DNA of 64,000 nt from the human T2T-CHM13v2.0 reference genome, Homo sapiens. Positions 57,903 through 64,000 of the stretch are shown one piece after another. Below the pieces are notes generated by a model. The model did no database searches. It saw only the letters and a program-made list of their open reading frames with translations, and was not told where the DNA came from. The translations under genes and the position numbers were made by a program. The stretch lies in NCBI RefSeq assembly GCF_009914755.1, contig NC_060934.1; one strand, given 5' to 3'. Position 1 is the first letter of the stretch, and each line of letters starts with the position of its first letter.

Positions 57903-60900
57903 AAACTATTGATGCTTTTTAGTTTCTAATGGAAAGCTTTTATTTGGTTCTATGAATAGTCATTTTGTTTTCTATGTATTTCCAACAATTCACCATTTGT
58001 TCTGTTTATTGAAAGTTCCTAAACTACCTTTGTCAAGCTTCAAAACATTGATGAAGGACAGCAGCCATTTAAATTTGATTGGTTTTTCTTACCTCTGAGT
58101 ATATTGATAGCTATGATAATTTTAAGGTTCTTGGCAAAAATCTTATAAAAGACTTATTTTTATGAGTTCTAAACACAAATAGTACATTATATATTTTGTA
58201 ATTTGGAAAAGTAGATGAGAATAGAAGTGTTTAAATGATGTTTATTTCCAATGTAATTCAATTCAATCAATAATTTCAGTTGGTTCAGATCCTTTCCTTT
58301 AGTGAAGAAAAACTGTGATATGGGTTAAAAGTTTTAATGTTCAGGAAAGACTGGGCTGTTTTTTTAAGAAAAATTTTATTGATTGGGATTTCTCTGAAAC
58401 TACTTTCATTGTGTTTACCACTATTAACATTAAGTGACACTCAATTGAATTAGGTAGTAATTGCTTTAAAAATTGTGACACTTTGTTGTAATTTTTGATC
58501 CAAATCCATTTATCTCTGATGGGCATTCATGTGGTACTTGAAAACAAAATATGCACAAGTGTTGCACTGGTTTGAAGAGTTTGGTGTGAAAGTTACTTAA
58601 TCAGTTGTAAGTACTGTATCTAGAAGTAAATCTTAGAAATGTGTGATGATGCTCTTTTAAGTAGCTGAAGAGAGATTATTATGTGGTTTTCACTTTGTCC
58701 TTGCTTTGTTGTATAGTATTTAAGTGAAATGAGATTGCTTATCCTTATTCTGAATTTCCAAAGCTGATATTTGCATTTGCCATTTTTCAATAATGGAAAA
58801 AAAAACAACATTAGTTGTCTTGCTTTCAAAAGTTTGTCAAAGGACCTATCAAAACTTTGATGCTTTTGGTCACAGTTCTGTCACTAAAATGCTAGCAATT
58901 AGACATATGGAATGAGTAACCTAACTACTTTAACACCGTGGTCAGAAGTGCTATAAGTAGTATCTGCTAAGCTCCAAGCCACTGTGTTTTAATTTGTGAC
59001 ATTTTAGAATAATAGGCTTTCTGTAGTATAAATATCCTATTAACTAATCCTTGTGCTGTTAAGTTACAGGTCTTTGAATCCTCAGTCTGAAGAAAGCACT
59101 GACTTCTGTTAAATTTTGAGCATTGATACCAGTCAAAGCCTCATCTTCAGACACAGGAGAAGGTGACAATCAAAATGAACTGCTTTCATGAGACACAGGG
59201 CCAGAAATTAAAACTATTCAATCCCTCTAGACCCAGGAACTATTGTGGAAACTGTAGGTGTGTGAGATGGTGAGGGACAATTTTGAGGGACAAACTCAGT
59301 TCAGAGTTTCTGTAAATTAAACGTTAATGTCAAAAGCACAATGATGCAAGGTCAGTGTCTGGGCCTATGTGTCAGAATAACAGGGTTTTCTTGGTGCATT
59401 GATCTGCTCTTTAATAGATAATCGTAAAAGGCTATAAGAACTTTGTCAAACTGATTAAAATTAGATAGATTTGTTTATAAGGTTTTATTAAAATTAGATT
59501 TAACATTAATAATATACCATACAAAGATACAATTTTGTTTTCTCTTTTGAACAAAAATTTCATGTAAGAGGAAACTGCAGGGAAAAAAAGGAGAGGGGAG
59601 AGACAGAATAAGTTGGCCTCATGCTATCTTAAGTATTAGGTCTTATTGCTTAAGAAACAGAGTCTCCTCTCTATCAAAAGGTAAATGTTTTTGTTTTATT
59701 ATTTTGGCTAAATAAATGAATATTTTATAGTGACCTGTGATCCTATTTTGTGATATCGAGTGTCTTAAACCTTTGATACTCGACAGAATTTCCAACAGCA
59801 AAATTTCAAGTTCTAAATTCAGTCTTTGTGAACTCAAACCAACCTTTTTGGATATTAGTTGCCCTGAAGTTCAAGAGAGACATGTAAGGCTTATTAGGCT
59901 TAGTTGTTATGTTAGAATTATGCAGGAGATATTGTCAAATCTGAGGTGGTGCTAAGTTTCCTTTGGGTGATATTTATATGGATGGGTTGTTAAAATGTGT
60001 TTGAGGATTATATGAGATTCCTGTAATTCTGATATGTCTTAATATAAGTTGTCAGTAATAATTATGATTATTATGTTACATTGTTGTATGCCACAGAAAT
60101 AACCAAATTTCTTTATCTACTGTGCCTTTAACTATGACTCTCTTAAGACTTTTGTCATCTACAATTATTGTTTTGCTTTGATCCTTCTCAAAAAGTGACT
60201 TATAATCAGCTACAGTCTAGGGATTGCTTCTTTGGTGTTCGTGAAAAGAACTTTTCAATGCAGGTTACTGATAACTTTGGAGATTGTGCCATTAGGTTAG
60301 AGAGGAAAATTCCAGGGCACTAATTGAAAGGCTGATGTGTTCATAAAGATTGTTAACCCAACATGAAGCAGAGCAATAATTGATTGCATGGACTAAACTA
60401 ATGAAGGACTGAAATAATTTTTGTGGCTTTTATCTTTGGAATATTGCTGATTTTTTTGTTTTGTTTTTCAGAGTCTGGATAATTTTTTAGATCTACTTAT
60501 AAGCTTTAAGTTATGCTTTAAGTATATTAAGTAGAGTATACTTTTGTAAACAGAACTTGAGGCATATTTTTTCTCTGCCTATTTTCTCCGGAATTATATT
60601 CTTAATTCATGTGTGTTAGTTTGCATACATTTAATGACAACTTGTTTTCTTGTATAATGGGACACAATTGGAGGAAGTGGTTATTTTCTTAGGGCTTTGA
60701 ACTGAAATGGGCTTGGGAAAGGTTCCAGAAAAGCCAGTGTAGGTCCTATATAAACAATGAACCTTGTTGCACTTTGGGTGGTTAATCAGGCTAAGTATAT
60801 GGGCCTGAAGCTTCTTTTGCAAGTAGATTTGTCCTGCTATGACTTGCCTTTGTTGGAAGTTGGGGGGCTGAAGAGAAAATGCTGTGTTTCAGAAGAAAAT

Positions 60901-61039
60901 GATACTATTAGATTAGCCTTTGATTTCTGGGTGGCCGTGAAATCACCTGTAGTATGACGCTGCCCACGATGCCCCTCCTCAGTATTAAGCAGCCAGAAAG
61001 ACTGACAACCAGTTTCCCCATGATTGAAAATTGATAAAT

Positions 61040-61051
61040 AGAAAGGGGGGA
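61040..61051 (+). other. Polypurine tract
   Basis: agaaagggggga immediately before the 3' LTR. Confidence 0.9.
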
Positions 61052-61052
61052 C

Positions 61053-61509
61053 TGAAACCGACCAAACAGTCCCATAGATCACTTTTTCGATAAACATAGA
61101 AATTGACCCTTCTGGTCTTAAAGCTTGAAACTTTTGTGAATTGTTTTCTGTTTTATGTGAGTTCCTTCCTCAGAAAACCACTTGCAGCCTCTCAAAAAAG
61201 TATTAAAGAAATGAAACGCACCAGATCACCATATTCAGATAATGAGATGCTAGACCCCTCATTCATCATGATTGCTTTCTTGCCCCTCCCTAGTTCTTGT
61301 TTTTTTACACATTGTTACATTTTTTTCCCTGCTATATATTCCCATAATTTTAGTTGGTCGGGAGGATGGACTTGAGACTGATCTCCCATCGCCTCAGCGG
61401 CAGCACCCAATTAAAGCCTTCTTCCTTGCCTATAATTGCTGTGTCAGTGATTGGCTTTCTGCATGGTTAGCAGCAGGACCTAGACCGAAACCTTGGTGTT
61501 TTCGTAATA
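61053..61509 (+). mobile_element. 3' LTR
   Basis: Homologous to the 5' LTR; tatatat box-like and attaaa signal; ends ttcgtaata. Confidence 0.93.
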
Positions 61510-61524
61510 ATCTTATAATTGAAA

Positions 61525-61690
61525 AAGATCCTTAAAACAATGTAATTTAAGTCTCATTTTACAAAAGAGGATTTTAAAAATGGAAAAGATTTGCTGACTG
61601 AATCAAGATTATAACATTAATTAGCAACAGCAGATAAACTAAAATACAAGGCTTCTGAATTCAAAATCTGCTTTCCATTTCTCCCTACGT
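61525..61690 (-). mobile_element. MIR
   Basis: tctcattttacaaaagagga...caagattataacattaattagcaacag. Confidence 0.55.
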
Positions 61691-62739
61691 CCTACAAGAA
61701 CAAATATGTAAAATAAACTGGAGAATTTTTACTTATCTATGTGTGAATATAAAACATTTTTGGTTTGTAATAAAGGATGTTACCTTACAGGAAGCCATAA
61801 ATTATTTCAAGTCTGAGGTTCAGACTATGAAGTCACAATTTTAAATTATTAATACTGTGAATCAAACTTCATCTATAACACTTATTGTAAGAATAACATA
61901 AAATATGAATAAAGAAGAGGGTTGGAAAATAGACTTAAGATACTTTAAGTTTGGGAATGATATAATTATAAAAAGACAACTTTTTCATATGACAATAGTA
62001 ATTAGTAGTAATGAGATAATGTTGCTAGCTTATAGAGGATTGTATTATCTTATTATTATTTTCTATTATATATGTCAATATGTGCTACAAGGAGTCTATT
62101 TGTAATTCTGCATTTCTAGCTTATTTCTAAGATGAAGGTTACAGATATTTATATTGCTTTTTCTGGTAGATTTCAGACAGATTAATTACTGTTTTTGTTT
62201 TCCTTTGTCTTCTACCAATATTGTGCTAGAAAAGCTATGTTTACAGTTTGATGTTCACAGATTGTATTCTATTATTTTTGAAATACATATAGAAATCTAC
62301 AAGAGCAAAAACTTCACATTGAAAACCAATATAGGAGGACAGAGAAAACTTTTCTGGAGAAGTTACAGGGCAGAGTTTTAAGATAGAAGATGTATTTATA
62401 TATAAATACCACAGAACATTAATAGACAGAGGAAAACTCACATGTCAATTTACAGAAGATTAAAGAAAAGAAATGTATGTTTTGTGGAACTAAAGAGAAG
62501 GGTGTAAGTAAAGCAGTAGTAAGAGTTAAGGTACAGAGGTGGGACTCATGGGCTATATCTGTTGATATAAACTTCATCTTGACAATGAGGCTCAGCTGGT
62601 AAAGTTTAAGCAGATTAGTGATTATAACCAAAAGTGCCAAGTCATTCACAGTTCTTTAACACACTACTTTGTTTTGTTTCTTTTGATCTTCTTGTTTCCT
62701 CTGCTGGGATATTCCATTATCATTCTTGCCCAGGTAAAA

Positions 62740-62910
62740 CTGCACTTGTATTTATCTACTGCTATCTGTCTAGATTTACCTGTGCCTGCATCTGAATCCC
62801 ATGTGGGCAGAGATCTCATTTTACTTGTTTTATATTTCTAGTACCTCCCCAAGAGACTAATATTTGTGGGAACTTAGACAATTTTTATAAAAATAAATGA
62901 ATAAATAAAT
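62740..62910 (+). mobile_element. L2 3' end fragment
   Basis: tcccatgtgggcagagatctcatttt...aaatgaataaataaa. Confidence 0.5.
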
Positions 62911-63650
62911 AGCCTCATCATTTTTTACTAATGATAAACTTAGCATGTACATTTGTCACTAGTAAAATGATCTTTTAAAGAGAAAATTGTATTTTAAAAA
63001 GAATGTATAATCACAATGGGAAAATAATTGTATTTCAAAGTAAATTATTTCATCTCATATTAATTAAACATAGCCTTGCATTTTATGAAAAGAATGGGAA
63101 TTTAAAACGTATGTTAGCCCATGCATCAGTCATTTTTATCGTAATTTTATTAGAAGCTATTTGGGGAGAGAGAGTGTCTCTTATTATCTAATTATCAAAC
63201 AGTAGTGCTTTATTCATGTTAGGATGAAGTAAATATTTACTTAATTTAATTGGATAACGTAAGTATAAGTTAACCAATATACACGACTAAAGAATATCCC
63301 AAAATAACTTAAGTGTTTTTTAAAAGCTTTTGGTTTTTATTTCTTCTGTATGCTTATCAAAGTCTCAAAAAAAAGTAAAACAAAACACTAAACTATGTAC
63401 TATTCCTTCTCTCACTCTCTGAATCTTTAGCTGGTTTACTAAATTAGAATAACACAGACATACGTATTTCATTCATATTGGACTTATTTTCAGTCAATAT
63501 TACTACATTTATGGATGAAAGCTGTCAATTTTAAAATAATAATATAGAAAACTGTCTAAATTCTGAAGCCTGCTGTCATTTTTTGATGTTATTATTTAGT
63601 TAGCTTACATGCCATGGTTGCTGGCTGGGTCGATCTGTAAAAAAAATCAC

Positions 63651-63823
63651 TATATATATAGTGTGTGTATACATATATATATAGTGTATATATATAGTGT
63701 ATATATATATAATGTATATATATAGTGTATATATATATAATGTATATATATAGTGTATATATATATAATGTATATATATAGTGTATATATAATGTGTATA
63801 TATACAAATATATAATATATATA
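63651..63823 (+). repeat. TA-rich minisatellite (about 28-bp higher-order unit)
   Basis: Repeats of tagtgtatatatatataatgtatatata. Confidence 0.92.
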
Positions 63824-64000
63824 TTTGTTCATAATCTTTAAATATAATCTTCCTTATAAAAGAAGTCTGAAAGCAAAGCCTCATAACTTTTCAGTTCATT
63901 CATCAATTCAATTTGAAGGATTAACTCCTCTCCAGAAAATAGCAAATATGATTATCCTACAGTGAACATGACATTATCTCAGCAGGTAGAATGGAAGTAT

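Noticed and set aside
63592-63884. Y/I/H/T-rich repetitive ORFs
   Set aside because: Translation of the TA-rich minisatellite.

Overview
AT-rich, CpG-poor primate genomic DNA (AluY elements imply a catarrhine, probably human), dominated by transposable elements and reading as intergenic or deep intronic. I find no intact protein-coding gene, tRNA, rRNA or CRISPR array. Nearly all ORFs in the supplied track come from Alu, L1, LTR or microsatellite sequence. Major components: about 14 Alu elements or fragments; ancient L1M, L2, MIR and DNA-transposon remnants; MaLR solo LTRs (MST, THE1, MLT1); a 3'-truncated HERV-L provirus with an MLT2A LTR and tRNA-Leu PBS (about 19110-22538, minus strand); an internally collapsed L1MA (about 24886-26788); a MER52 LTR; a near full-length dead L1PA15/16-type element (about 35568-40960); and a complete two-LTR, non-coding MER4-group ERV1 provirus (54173-61509) with a tRNA-Glu-like PBS and a PPT. 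The most interesting signals are retrotransposition and repair fossils: a MIR-Alu chimeric double-tailed insert inside an Alu, a 31-nt L1 3' transduction, self-templated L1 insertions, and an internally tandem-duplicated Alu. There are also a few candidate regulatory sites and unvalidated splice-site pairs. I see no evidence of a new biological system. Repeat family names come from my recall of consensus sequences, and boundaries of old repeats are approximate.
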